A stretch of DNA of 64,000 nucleotides from NCBI GenBank assembly GCA_903831805.1, contig CAIKZD010000009.1, positions 72,786 to 136,785 of the forward strand, read 5' to 3'. Positions within the stretch are counted from its first letter, which is position 1. The number at the start of each line of letters is the position of its first letter. Source of the stretch: an uncultured bacterium (lineage in GTDB: Bacteria > Patescibacteriota > Minisyncoccia > Moranbacterales > UBA2206). The notes beneath the pieces are model-generated. The model did no database searches, had not been told where the DNA came from, and was given only the letters and a program-made list of their open reading frames with translations. Of this stretch, positions 1 through 10,399 are shown in pieces. The translations under genes and the position numbers were made by a program.

Positions 1-946
<946 letters not shown>

Positions 947-1284
947 AGGGAGAACCGATAATGACCCAGAATATTCCTCGCGAAGTCCGCGTCCTGTCAT
1001 GGGACAAGGATGAGTAGTATGGTCATTGTCACGGCGGTCGATCTGTTAGTTCGCTAACAGGAACGCCAGGCCCATCAGAGCCTTAAGTCTGAAGTGGGTT
1101 TTGTACAGCTCACGTAGGCTCTAGGACTAATCGCATAAGATTGTGAAATGTGAAAATTGAAAAAGGTATTCATTGAGTTTTGGATTTGTTCCCAAATTTT
1201 TTAATTCTCTCCAAAACTTAGTGAGTAACTTCAAAATTATTCTACTATAAATGTAACATTACTTTTAGTAATGCTGCAGGTTAC

Positions 1285-1316
1285 AAAACCCGCCTCCTAA
1301 GGGCGGTTTTTGTGTG
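1285..1316 (+). terminator. rho-independent terminator downstream of 16S
   Basis: Hairpin AAACCCGCC-tcctaa-GGGCGGTTT followed by TTTTGTGTG. Confidence 0.6.
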
Positions 1317-1376
1317 GGCGTTAAGCAAAAAATGTGCTATAGTGAAAGTATTAAAAACTAAACATAAAATAAAATT

Positions 1377-2051
1377 ATGGAAACAACCTTTATTCCGGGG
1401 GAAGCGATCAAGTTTGGTTGGGGGAAGATGAAAAAACATTTTTGGTTCTTCGTGGGCCTTTTGATTTTGGCTTGGCTGATCCAAGTTGTGCCTTCGGGCA
1501 TTGCCAGCATTTTCAAAGAAAAGATGTTTTTCATCTATGTACTCTTTCTAGTGGCCGCTTGGATCATCCAGATTATCGTCAAGATGGGCTTGATTAAGAT
1601 TACGCTGGATGTAGTGGATAAGGATGAAGCCAATCTGAACACACTATTTTCCTGCACTCAACTGCTGGGTAAATTTATTCTAGGCTCAATCATCTATTGC
1701 CTGATCGTCATAGCTGGGCTGATTTTATTCATCATCCCCGGCATTATTTGGGCCATTAAATATCAGTTCTTCGCCTACTTAATCATTGATAAGAACATGG
1801 CTCCAATGGAAGCCATCAAAAAAAGTGGCGAGATGACGGCTGGAAATAAGGGCAAATTGTTCTGGTTAGGCATATTATTGGCTTTGATCAACATTGTTGG
1901 CGCCTTGTGTTTGTTTATTGGACTGCTGGCGACTATTCCGGCAACGATGGTGGCGATGGCCTATGTTTATCGCAAATTGGCAGGGGAGTTAGAGACTCCT
2001 GCGCCAACTGAATTGCCGGAAAGTGTAGTTACTGGTCAAGTGGCGAATTAA
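1377..2051 (+). CDS. polytopic membrane protein (possibly DUF975-like), hypothetical
   Basis: 224 aa ORF with multiple hydrophobic helices; no catalytic motif recognised. Confidence 0.5.
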   Translation: METTFIPGEAIKFGWGKMKKHFWFFVGLLILAWLIQVVPSGIASIFKEKMFFIYVLFLVAAWIIQIIVKMGLIKITLDVVDKDEANLNTLFSCTQLLGKFILGSIIYCLIVIAGLILFIIPGIIWAIKYQFFAYLIIDKNMAPMEAIKKSGEMTAGNKGKLFWLGILLALINIVGALCLFIGLLATIPATMVAMAYVYRKLAGELETPAPTELPESVVTGQVAN

Positions 2052-2114
2052 TTTAGTTTATTGTGTAGCTATTCGGAGGTACAACCTCGGGGACAAAAGA
2101 GGTTGGACCGCATA

Positions 2115-2145
2115 AAAAACCCTTCGCTAATGCGAAGGGTTTTTG
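2115..2145. terminator. bidirectional rho-independent terminator between convergent genes
   Basis: AAAAAACCCTTCGC-taat-GCGAAGGGTTTTT; A-tract upstream, T-tract downstream. Confidence 0.65.
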
Positions 2146-2167
2146 AATGAGAAATATGTTCGGATAT

Positions 2168-3199
2168 TTATTCCATCTTACTATTTTCTCCGAACCATTT
2201 TTTATACAAGATGTCATAACTGCCGTTGTCGCGCAATTTGAGGATGGCTAGGTTGATTTTTTCTTTTAGGGGGCTGCCGGTCGGCATGGCTATGCCGTAG
2301 GTTTGCCGTTCAAAAATATCGCCGATCACGTCAAAGAAGCGAGTCTCGCCACTGCTCATGTGATGGAGGAGATTGGGCGCGTCAAAAACGATGGCTTCCA
2401 CTTTTTCATTCTTTAATTTTTTGAAAGCGTTTTCAATTTTTTCCACGGCCACAATTTTGGCACCGAGCCGGTCGAGAGTGTTGATGCTGGTGGAATGTCT
2501 GACCGTGGCCACTTTTTTGCCGCCTAGGTCTTTGTAGCTGCTGATGTTGCCTCTGATTTTTTTCAAGGTGATGATGGAACTGAGTTCGGCGATGAAGATG
2601 CCGAAAAAGATATAGCCGATAAGAATGATGAAGACATCAAAGAGCTTGCCGATCCAAAGGTGCGGGATATAATCGCCGTAGCCAACGGTGCTGATGGTCA
2701 CAAGTACCATCCAAGCTGCTTCAAAAATGCCGGGAAAATAGGCCGAAGAGAAAGCGCCGCCACTCCGGCCCTCGATGAGCCAGATGGCGTTGCCTAAGAT
2801 AAAAACTAAAATTAGAATGGCCAGGAGGGTGGTGAGAATTTTTTTGTAGCCGCTTTTGAAAAATTCCTTGATGGTTTTCAAAACTTTGACGCGGCCGGAA
2901 TTTTTCCCTGTTAGGACTAGAAGTCCGGAATCCAAGGTATAATGGGAAAAGTCGAATATTTTTTCGCGGTCTTCATTGATGGATATGCCGGCCACCGCCA
3001 AGTCTGTTTGGCCATTTTCCAATGCAGCAAAGATGTCTTTCAATCTGACTTCCTTATAGGTATATTCCAAGTCAATTTCTCTGGCAATCATTTCCCAAAG
3101 CTCTATTTCAAAACCTGCAAATTTTCCGTCAGTTTTCATCACCAGTGGCGGAAAAGGACTGACCAGCACTTCCACAGTTTTATTATTTTTGTTTTTCAT
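2168..3199 (-). CDS. GluR0-like ion channel: potassium-channel pore (TVGYGD) inserted between the two lobes of a family-3 solute-binding domain
   Basis: 343 aa. N-terminal SBP_bac_3-like lobe, then M1-pore helix-selectivity filter TISTVGYGDYIP-M2, then second SBP lobe (GGKKVATV...SGETRFFDV...YGIAMP). No N-terminal hydrophobic signal peptide visible. Confidence 0.7.
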   Translation of the reverse strand: MKNKNNKTVEVLVSPFPPLVMKTDGKFAGFEIELWEMIAREIDLEYTYKEVRLKDIFAALENGQTDLAVAGISINEDREKIFDFSHYTLDSGLLVLTGKNSGRVKVLKTIKEFFKSGYKKILTTLLAILILVFILGNAIWLIEGRSGGAFSSAYFPGIFEAAWMVLVTISTVGYGDYIPHLWIGKLFDVFIILIGYIFFGIFIAELSSIITLKKIRGNISSYKDLGGKKVATVRHSTSINTLDRLGAKIVAVEKIENAFKKLKNEKVEAIVFDAPNLLHHMSSGETRFFDVIGDIFERQTYGIAMPTGSPLKEKINLAILKLRDNGSYDILYKKWFGENSKME

Positions 3200-3305
3200 G
3201 CTTTAAATATATCAAGAACTATACATTCTTGCAATAACTGAAATAGCCCAAGCCGATTTTTGTATTACCCGTACTAAGAGCATGTAAAAACTCGCAAGGG
3301 GGTCG

Positions 3306-3650
3306 ATGAGTTTTAAGATAAAAATAGTTCTTTATAATCAACTTAATTCCAATTTTATGAAATACTTAAAGAATGCATCTTTAAGGGGAAAATTCATAAT
3401 GGCTGCGTCTGTTCTGGCGCTGGTGGCCGGCTTTAGTTTTTTGAGCAGTGGCACCGCCCTAGCCAATGACGAAGATGGCCGCACAGTGATGATCGGTGGC
3501 AAGGAATATGACGTGATGCATGATGGTCAAGGGCCGAATATTATGGTGAATGGCCAAACATATTATCTGAACACTATGGACGATGATAATTCGGTAATGG
3601 TCGGCACACATTCCTATATGGTCCAAGATGACAACGACGCCGATGACTAA
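3306..3650 (+). CDS. small secreted acidic protein, hypothetical
   Basis: Signal peptide MAASVLALVAGFSFLSSGTALA; D/N-rich C-terminus. The true start may be internal (MKYLKN at about 3357 or MAAS at about 3390). Confidence 0.45.
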   Translation: MSFKIKIVLYNQLNSNFMKYLKNASLRGKFIMAASVLALVAGFSFLSSGTALANDEDGRTVMIGGKEYDVMHDGQGPNIMVNGQTYYLNTMDDDNSVMVGTHSYMVQDDNDADD

Positions 3651-3748
3651 ATTTCCCCCAAAGTAAGCTTCAAAAACTTCTACATTTAGAAGTTTTTGAG
3701 CGCGGAAGTTTTTTTTATTTTTACAAATATTGGGTAATTTTTAAATAA

Positions 3749-4798
3749 ATGCTATATTATAGGCATATGAAAACTAGCTACAAAACTTATTTTTTTCTGG
3801 CCACTCTTATTGGACTGACCGTCTTGTCCTTTTTCATTATTAAAGGTTTTTTGATTCCATTTATCCTGGCGTTGATTCTGGTACATCTTTTTAATCCAGT
3901 GTATAAATTTTTACTGGGGCATACCGGCAGAGAAAGTTTTAGTTCTGTTCTGACTTGTCTTATTGTGGCATTCATCATTATCATTCCAGTGTTAATTGTT
4001 TTAGTCTTGGCTACGTCTGAAGTCCAAGCGGTAGTCACGCATCTGGCGGGGAGTGCGGGGCTGCTTAATGGCATAATTGGTCTCACCGATAAACTAGTGG
4101 CACTGCCATTTTTCAAAGCGATTGATTTTGAAAAAGTAGTCAATCAGGAATCGCTCTTGTCCGCTTCAAAAAGTTTTTCCCAAGGCGTTTTGTTTGTGTT
4201 GCAAGGGGCGTATACTGGACTTTTGCGGTTTGTCTTTACGCTGTTCATTATGTTTTTCTCTCTATTTTATATGTTCATCGACGGAGAAATTTTTCTTAAA
4301 AAAATGATTGAGCTTATTCCGTTGCAAAAAAAATATGACAAATCATTACTACACAGTTTGAATTCCATGGTCCGCGCCACCATTAAAGGCACGTTGGTAA
4401 TGGCTGTTTTGCAAGGGATTATTGGCAGTTTACTTTTTTGGGCGACCGGGGTGTTCTCACCACTTTTTTTCGGCATCCTGATGGCAATTTTTTCGGTCAT
4501 CCCGCCGGTCGGGTCGGGTTTGATTTGGCTGCCGATTGGAATCACGATGATCATGCTGGGCCATCTGACGTCCGGCATCTTGATTATTCTCACTGGTGTT
4601 CTTGTGATTGGCACGATGGACAATATTTTGCGCTCGAGACTGGTGGGCAAAGATACCGAGATGCACCCACTTTTGATTTTATTTTCGACCCTAGGTGGAT
4701 TAGCTTTCTTTGGCATCTCCGGTTTCATCGTCGGACCAATTGTGGTTTCTCTCTTAGTTTCTCTATGGGATATTTATGTCTTAGAGATGGAAGCGTAA
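3749..4798 (+). CDS. AI-2E family transporter (UPF0118/PerM-like)
   Basis: 349 aa, 8 predicted TM helices, family-typical organisation and C-terminal GxxxGPxV-like segment. Confidence 0.7.
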   Translation: MLYYRHMKTSYKTYFFLATLIGLTVLSFFIIKGFLIPFILALILVHLFNPVYKFLLGHTGRESFSSVLTCLIVAFIIIIPVLIVLVLATSEVQAVVTHLAGSAGLLNGIIGLTDKLVALPFFKAIDFEKVVNQESLLSASKSFSQGVLFVLQGAYTGLLRFVFTLFIMFFSLFYMFIDGEIFLKKMIELIPLQKKYDKSLLHSLNSMVRATIKGTLVMAVLQGIIGSLLFWATGVFSPLFFGILMAIFSVIPPVGSGLIWLPIGITMIMLGHLTSGILIILTGVLVIGTMDNILRSRLVGKDTEMHPLLILFSTLGGLAFFGISGFIVGPIVVSLLVSLWDIYVLEMEA

Positions 4799-4820
4799 GC
4801 GAAATCTAAAAAATAAATCA

Positions 4821-4845
4821 AAAAACACCTGCGGGTGTTTTTTGA
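4821..4845. terminator. bidirectional terminator
   Basis: AAAAAACACCTGC-GG-GTGTTTTTTG between convergent genes. Confidence 0.6.
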
Positions 4846-4886
4846 TGGGCAGCTAAGACCCAGAGCCTCACCCTGGAAGGTTATTG

Positions 4887-5849
4887 CTATTTCGCGAAAG
4901 AATATTTGATAGAATCATTTTTCAAATCAATGACACCGTAGGCGGCGAAATAGCCGGTGCGGGTTAGGGCTGCTTGGCCGGCATAGGCAATGCCGTCATA
5001 AGTTTTTTGCCACGGCACATGCCAATGCCCGGACAAAACCAATTTGACGTTGCCGCTAGCGTGCAAAATGTTTTCCAATTCCGCGTATCTCGGCAACAGA
5101 TCGCCGACATAGGGAAAATTGCTGCCGGTGAAATCATGAATATTGTTCGATGCCAGCCCGCCGTCAAAAAGGGGAATGTGCATGGTGATGATGACCGACT
5201 TATCTGTCTTTAGGGCGTCCTTCAACCAATCCAATTGCGGCTGATCGATGGCGCCTTGATAATCGCCATTGCTTTCCACGTCGTCCAAGACAATGATGCG
5301 CGTTTGGCCATAATCGGTGTAATAGTAGGCACTGCCGCTCACGCCGAGAATGCCCATAACTTTGGTATTGTCATGGTTGCCGCGCACCCAGATGACACGC
5401 ATATGTTTTTCCTCAGTGATGTGTTCCAAAACGCGCGCATAATTATCATCGCCGGAATTAGTGTTGTCACCGGTGGCAATGACAGTGTCGATGCCTTGAC
5501 GCTGGAGTGTGTCAAAAACGGCGGGCAAGTAGTCGCTGAATCGCCGCGGAAACATCAAGCCGCTGTTGATGTCGCGCCGCTTAAATCTATCCGCGTGGAT
5601 ATCGGAAACCCAGCCAATCTTTTCATATGCTTTCGCAAATCCGACTTGCCGAAAAAATGGCACATCTCTTTTCAAGAATTGATTGGCTTTTTGCGCCAGG
5701 AGAGAATCTTGCGGCTGGCCGATTTCCAGCGAGTACTGACCGTCAATGGCGTATAGCCTGAGGAAAAACAAGGCGAAAAAAATTGCAACGAGGCCTAAAA
5801 AAAAGCCACCTCCAATTTTCCATTTTGAATATTTTTTCATATTAAGCAT
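4887..5849 (-). CDS. membrane-anchored calcineurin-like metallophosphoesterase
   Basis: GDxHG...GDNTNSGDD...GNHD...GHWH motifs; N-terminal TM helix. Confidence 0.75.
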   Translation of the reverse strand: MLNMKKYSKWKIGGGFFLGLVAIFFALFFLRLYAIDGQYSLEIGQPQDSLLAQKANQFLKRDVPFFRQVGFAKAYEKIGWVSDIHADRFKRRDINSGLMFPRRFSDYLPAVFDTLQRQGIDTVIATGDNTNSGDDNYARVLEHITEEKHMRVIWVRGNHDNTKVMGILGVSGSAYYYTDYGQTRIIVLDDVESNGDYQGAIDQPQLDWLKDALKTDKSVIITMHIPLFDGGLASNNIHDFTGSNFPYVGDLLPRYAELENILHASGNVKLVLSGHWHVPWQKTYDGIAYAGQAALTRTGYFAAYGVIDLKNDSIKYSFAK

Positions 5850-5914
5850 AGCTTTAGTTTAATGGGGAAATGAGTTTTTGTAAAACAAAAGAACGTTGAC
5901 AGTCAGGCCGCCGC

Positions 5915-5943
5915 TTGACATAATTTAAAATTTCTGCTAATAT
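5915..5943 (+). promoter_or_regulatory. sigma70-type promoter (TTGACA-17nt-TAATAT)
   Basis: TTGACA at 5915-5920, 17-nt spacer, TAATAT at 5938-5943, about 35 nt upstream of the ATG at 5979. Confidence 0.5.
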
Positions 5944-5978
5944 ACTTTGTTAATAGCTAACTAATTGAGAAAAAACAT

Positions 5979-6755
5979 ATGACTACGGAAAGAATGCTTA
6001 AATTAGCCAAAAATCATCTAAAAACCGCTTTGCTTTTCGGCCTCTTGGCCGGCGCGCTGTCTTTTTTGGTTTTGGTGACGACGCAAAAAAGTTTTCGCGG
6101 AAGTGCGGACATTCTGATGTCACAGAACCAAGCGGGAGCGACGGACTATTACGCTTTGTCCCAAGGCGCTAACTATTTGACCAACATTCTTTCTCAGTCG
6201 ATCTACAGTGAAAAATTCTTGGAAGAAGTGGACGCCACCGGGAAAATTTCCACTGGTTTTCTGGGCAATGATAACGCAACGCGTCTCAAGGAGTGGCAAC
6301 GAGTGGTGCATGTGAAAAATAATTCCAGTGTTGGCATCATGAACATCCAAGTTTTCGGAGACACACAATTTCAAACCGATAAACTTTCAGAGGCCGTTAT
6401 CGATGTGCTGGTGAATCACAATTCTTTCTTCTTGGGTCAAGAGCAAAATGTGAACGTGCGAATTTTGTCCGGACCGATTGTGGAAAAGAATCCGTCCATC
6501 GCGCAGATCGTGGCCGCCGCCGTGGGTGGGTTTGCAGTTGGGATGCTTTTCTTCCTCTTGTTTGTCATCTATCGCGCCGAATTTTTCCCGCAAGAAGAAT
6601 TGGCGGACGAGGAACTTTCCATCAAGATGGATCAGGTGGAAAAACAGATTTTCCCACTGGAAAATTTCCCGCCAGAACCATCGATTTCCGACGAGGACTA
6701 TTTAGCGGCGGACAGTGATTATTGGAAGGATAAATTGGAAAACAAGAAAAATTAA
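5979..6755 (+). CDS. Wzz-like polysaccharide chain-length determinant protein
   Basis: 258 aa; TM helix near N-terminus and a second near the C-terminus flanking a hydrophilic domain; Wzz-type N-terminal sequence pattern. Confidence 0.5.
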   Translation: MTTERMLKLAKNHLKTALLFGLLAGALSFLVLVTTQKSFRGSADILMSQNQAGATDYYALSQGANYLTNILSQSIYSEKFLEEVDATGKISTGFLGNDNATRLKEWQRVVHVKNNSSVGIMNIQVFGDTQFQTDKLSEAVIDVLVNHNSFFLGQEQNVNVRILSGPIVEKNPSIAQIVAAAVGGFAVGMLFFLLFVIYRAEFFPQEELADEELSIKMDQVEKQIFPLENFPPEPSISDEDYLAADSDYWKDKLENKKN

Positions 6756-6910
6756 AATTACTTTATGTCTAATCCCATTTCTCGTGAAAGGGGATTAGCA
6801 TAAGGTTGTTGAGGATAGTAATTTGACAACTGAATATATAAAATTATGTCCGCGCAATGAATTGTGCGGATTACGAATTGCAAAAAACAAAAAACAATTG
6901 GAGAAGAAAA

Positions 6911-7873
6911 ATGAACTCGACAAGAAGAGCGTATCTTAAGGTGATAGGTAGTGCAGCTCTGCTTTTGCTATCCGGTTGCGGCGCGAAAGTATTAGAGATG
7001 CAAAAGGTCAACTTCGGGGCGAAAATGCCAGATAGTGGCGAAACTTTAGCGAGCAAATCAATGTTGGTTCTGCCTGACAGATCGTTAGGCTTGGAACCGA
7101 CGGAAGATGTCCGTCGAGGAAATACCTCGAATTTTTTGGAGTTTTTCCCGATGCGACTGTATGCCGGGGAATGGTTTCCAGGCAGGTTGCGTTGGGACAC
7201 TTGGACTATCGCTGCGGACGGTACAGAGCACTTTGGTCAGATAATTTTTTCCGGAATGCATCTCTCGGGACGCTATTCTGGAATTAATGTCATCGATGGC
7301 CAAGTGCGGTCTGGGACAACAGCCGTTCTGTCTACTGCGGTGGATTTTATCTATAGCCCAGTAGGCAAGGAGTTGGCGGTGGAACGCGAGAAGTTTATAA
7401 GCGATCCCCAGTATCGCCGGGAGAAAATCACGGCAGTGAATACGGCTAAGAATGGGGAAGTGATCAACCTTAGCTCGCTGACAAGAAATGATGATTTCAA
7501 ATGGTATGTCAAAGTGTGGAATCAGTTGAAAACCCCGGATGGATATTTGCTCGCGCCGTACGGATTGGAAGAAGTGGCAAAAATTCGCGGCATTAATCCG
7601 CAATATAGCTATTTCGAAAAGTTGGTCGGGACGGGCAAGTTTGCCGTTACTCCGACTGCCGATCCAGCGTCCTTGGCGATTGTCAACTCCATCGGAATCA
7701 TGATGGATATGATAAACGCGGCGGATGCGCCGTCGACTGGGTGGGATTTCGGTTCGCAAATCAGTCGCAGACAGGCAGGCTTTGTGACAGAATATGCCAT
7801 GCGCCTAGCTGAGAAAGAAATTCAAAAAAGAGATGATGCTAACGCTAGATTGTTAGCAAAGAAACCAAAATAA
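6911..7873 (+). CDS. lipoprotein, hypothetical
   Basis: Start chosen at MNSTRRAYLKVIGSAALLLLSGC (lipobox LSGC); the ORF-track start at 6857 lies upstream. Confidence 0.5.
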   Translation: MNSTRRAYLKVIGSAALLLLSGCGAKVLEMQKVNFGAKMPDSGETLASKSMLVLPDRSLGLEPTEDVRRGNTSNFLEFFPMRLYAGEWFPGRLRWDTWTIAADGTEHFGQIIFSGMHLSGRYSGINVIDGQVRSGTTAVLSTAVDFIYSPVGKELAVEREKFISDPQYRREKITAVNTAKNGEVINLSSLTRNDDFKWYVKVWNQLKTPDGYLLAPYGLEEVAKIRGINPQYSYFEKLVGTGKFAVTPTADPASLAIVNSIGIMMDMINAADAPSTGWDFGSQISRRQAGFVTEYAMRLAEKEIQKRDDANARLLAKKPK

Positions 7874-7899
7874 GCGCTCAAGGCGCTGGGAGGTAGGCT

Positions 7900-9498
7900 A
7901 TGAAAAGAGTTTTGTGGATCATGGCGATTCTTCTTTCGCTGAGCGCTTCAACGAGCGTTTGGGCGGGAGAGATTCGTCACAAAGTAGTTGATGGCGATTG
8001 CCTCGGAAAACTTCACGTGAGATATCATGTTCCCGTGAAAAGTATCCAGGAGCGCAACTATCTTGGCAATTCCACTGTCATTAAGCTGGGTTCTGTATTA
8101 TGGATCCCTGTGGTTGAGAAGACGGAGATTGCAAAGGTTAAAATTCAAACACCGGAAAAACCGGTTGCGAAAGCCGAAAAACCTCAGAAAGAAGTTGATA
8201 AAATTCGGCGCGGTGATGCAGTTGTATATTTGGGCATACGCAAGTATAACCCAGAGAACTCAGGGAGAGACAAGACTATATGCTCCCCTGGATTTGCGGC
8301 TTATTTGCTCGGCGTGATTCGAAAGGAGGATATAAAGGACACGAAAGTGATTCTTGACAGCCCCTATGACCCAGCCCCGATTGTTGATCCTAATAAACTT
8401 ATTCAAAAAGGAGATGAGTTTAAAATGACCTCTGGCCTGAATAAGGTTGGAGACTATGAGGCGGGTTTCAATTTTTTCGTTCAAGGTGCCAATGTCTATC
8501 TGCGAGATAAATTTATAACTCGTATATACTGGAGACCAAGTTGTGGCAATTGGATTCGGCACGAAGAAAAGCCAATTCCAACTTCGCCACCTGTTATCGA
8601 AGAAAAACCAACCCTTCCGCCAGTTACAGTAACTCCACCAGCTGAAGAACCACCCTCTATTTTTGTGAATAAAAAAGAAGAGGAAAGGATCTTGATAGAT
8701 CAGGAGTTGGATGTTGGCGGTGGACTGTGGCGAAATGATGATAATTCCGGCCAAGGGGGATGGTGGTTCCTTCAGTACAAATTATATCTCCACCAGTTGG
8801 AGACTGACTTTGCTGGCGGAACGCTTACTCCTGTAGTCGGCGCTTTTGCTCGAGGCGACTTGGGCAAAACAAATGCTGACTTTAAGTGGAACAATGCAGG
8901 TTTTGTTGGTCCACAAGCTGGAGAAATGTGGAATGCCCTGACTGATGCGGGATATCCGCAACAGGTGCAAGTAATGTTCCGTACTTTATGGGAACACTTG
9001 CACGGAGAAAATCCAACTTCGGGTTACGCAAAAACCGAAGATCATTTCCTCCTAGGACTCTACGCCGAGTATTTGCGACAATTCGCGCCAGATCTGATGC
9101 ATATTCTGTATGCCGAGGGTTGGACGGATGTTGCGAGCTCGTTCAAATCAACCTGGAGTGGCGACAAAGCCTCCAGCCGGACGTCTTTCGCGGTTGGCTA
9201 CAAACTTCACAAGCAGTGGAATGATGAGTGGGCCAGTCGTTTCGGTGTTAGTTTCGGTTGGGCCGAGCAAGACAGCAGATGGTCAGCTGGCGCGAACATC
9301 GAGATGCGGTATAATGATTGGCTCATGTTCGGACCAAGCCTGGATTATACCTTGGCATCAGCTATTCAAGGCGCGGCGGGCCACTTCTCTTATGGTCCAT
9401 TCGTTCGGGCTGAATTTCACGAGATTGTGAAGGAAGAACATTCCAAATCACAATCTGACGGAGTTCAACCGTCTGACAAGCCGCTAATCCTTTACTAA
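7900..9498 (+). CDS. secreted LysM-domain protein with proline-rich linker, hypothetical
   Basis: Signal peptide MKRVLWIMAILLSLSASTSVWA; LysM-like segment HKVVDGDCLGKL...IKLGSVLWIP; PTSPPVIEEKPTLPPVTVTPPAEEPP linker. Confidence 0.55.
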   Translation: MKRVLWIMAILLSLSASTSVWAGEIRHKVVDGDCLGKLHVRYHVPVKSIQERNYLGNSTVIKLGSVLWIPVVEKTEIAKVKIQTPEKPVAKAEKPQKEVDKIRRGDAVVYLGIRKYNPENSGRDKTICSPGFAAYLLGVIRKEDIKDTKVILDSPYDPAPIVDPNKLIQKGDEFKMTSGLNKVGDYEAGFNFFVQGANVYLRDKFITRIYWRPSCGNWIRHEEKPIPTSPPVIEEKPTLPPVTVTPPAEEPPSIFVNKKEEERILIDQELDVGGGLWRNDDNSGQGGWWFLQYKLYLHQLETDFAGGTLTPVVGAFARGDLGKTNADFKWNNAGFVGPQAGEMWNALTDAGYPQQVQVMFRTLWEHLHGENPTSGYAKTEDHFLLGLYAEYLRQFAPDLMHILYAEGWTDVASSFKSTWSGDKASSRTSFAVGYKLHKQWNDEWASRFGVSFGWAEQDSRWSAGANIEMRYNDWLMFGPSLDYTLASAIQGAAGHFSYGPFVRAEFHEIVKEEHSKSQSDGVQPSDKPLILY

Positions 9499-9506
9499 TT
9501 TCTACA

Positions 9507-9562
9507 TGCGCGCTAGCCCATTCCGGTAGCGCAGCATTAAGTCCTCTTTGATTTTTTTGTCT
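9507..9562 (+). terminator. rho-independent terminator after LysM gene
   Basis: GCGCTAgcccattccggTAGCGC followed by TTTGATTTTTTTG. Confidence 0.5.
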
Positions 9563-9649
9563 ATCCAGGTGCGAAGTAGCACTTATCCCTGGGGAATAAA
9601 AGCCATCGTGCTTCGACAAAGGTCAATCTGGATTCGACGATAATTTTCT

Positions 9650-9696
9650 ATGTAGGGATTCCTCAACCGAGGAGTCCCTACATATCTCATTTTTTC
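9650..9696 (+). terminator. second hairpin terminator
   Basis: TGTAGGGATTCCTC-aacc-GAGGAGTCCCTACA followed by TCTCATTTTTTCGG. Confidence 0.5.
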
Positions 9697-9852
9697 GGCC
9701 TTGACAAGAATAAAGAAAGGTGCTAGGCTGTAATATTAAAAATAGAAGGAACGAATTTTCTCGCAACAGGTGTTGTGAGAAAGTCAATTCAGTTTATTTT
9801 TATTACTTGCGATAAAAGCAAGAAAAACAAAGCACACACTAGGAGGTGCACC

Positions 9853-10266
9853 ATGAAGAAAATGTTACTTAGTACCTTGTGTATTGCAGCGCTGTTAATT
9901 TCTATGATCAGCGTTGCCCGATCAGCAGACCTTGGTCCAGCAGCATATGCCGGTGTTCAGCCGACAGGCAACAGGAGTACGCTGGAAGTGACAATTCCGC
10001 CATTGCCAGCCGGCCATGAGTTGGTCAACGTATACATCTTCAACGATTGTAACGGGACCAAGCCCAAGCCGCTCGGTGCCGTCAGTAGCGTCAAATTCAA
10101 GGACGCATGTGATTCTACGAATTTCATCTGGCGCGATACGGTTACCAAGATCATGCAGTGGCAGCTGGTCACTCCAAATACGAAGACCGGTAGCGACCTC
10201 CTCTCCATTTTTCATCCGGAGGGGTATAAATACGGTTTTACCGAAGCCGACGTCAACCGGAAATAA
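9853..10266 (+). CDS. small secreted protein, hypothetical
   Basis: RBS AGGAGG 7 nt upstream of the ATG at 9853; signal peptide MKKMLLSTLCIAALLISMISVARSA. Confidence 0.55.
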   Translation: MKKMLLSTLCIAALLISMISVARSADLGPAAYAGVQPTGNRSTLEVTIPPLPAGHELVNVYIFNDCNGTKPKPLGAVSSVKFKDACDSTNFIWRDTVTKIMQWQLVTPNTKTGSDLLSIFHPEGYKYGFTEADVNRK

Positions 10267-10293
10267 TGCGAACGGCCACAAACCTGTGGCACC

Positions 10294-10338
10294 AAGCCTC
10301 GAACTCTCTCAATGAGTTTGGGGCTTGCTTTTTTTTCC
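10294..10338 (+). terminator. rho-independent terminator
   Basis: AAGCCTCGAACTC-loop-GAGTTTGGGGCTT followed by T8. Confidence 0.6.
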
Positions 10339-10399
10339 GGATTGTGCTATAATTCGAAGTCAAAAAGGGATAGAATTATATTAAAATTATATTAATTTA

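Noticed and set aside
1281-1484. 67-aa ORF on - strand
   Set aside because: It overlaps the 16S terminator hairpin and the start of the + strand membrane-protein gene. No RBS is present and the composition is typical of antisense sequence.
5235-5756. 173-aa ORF on + strand
   Set aside because: It is antisense to the metallophosphoesterase gene, which has clear catalytic motifs.
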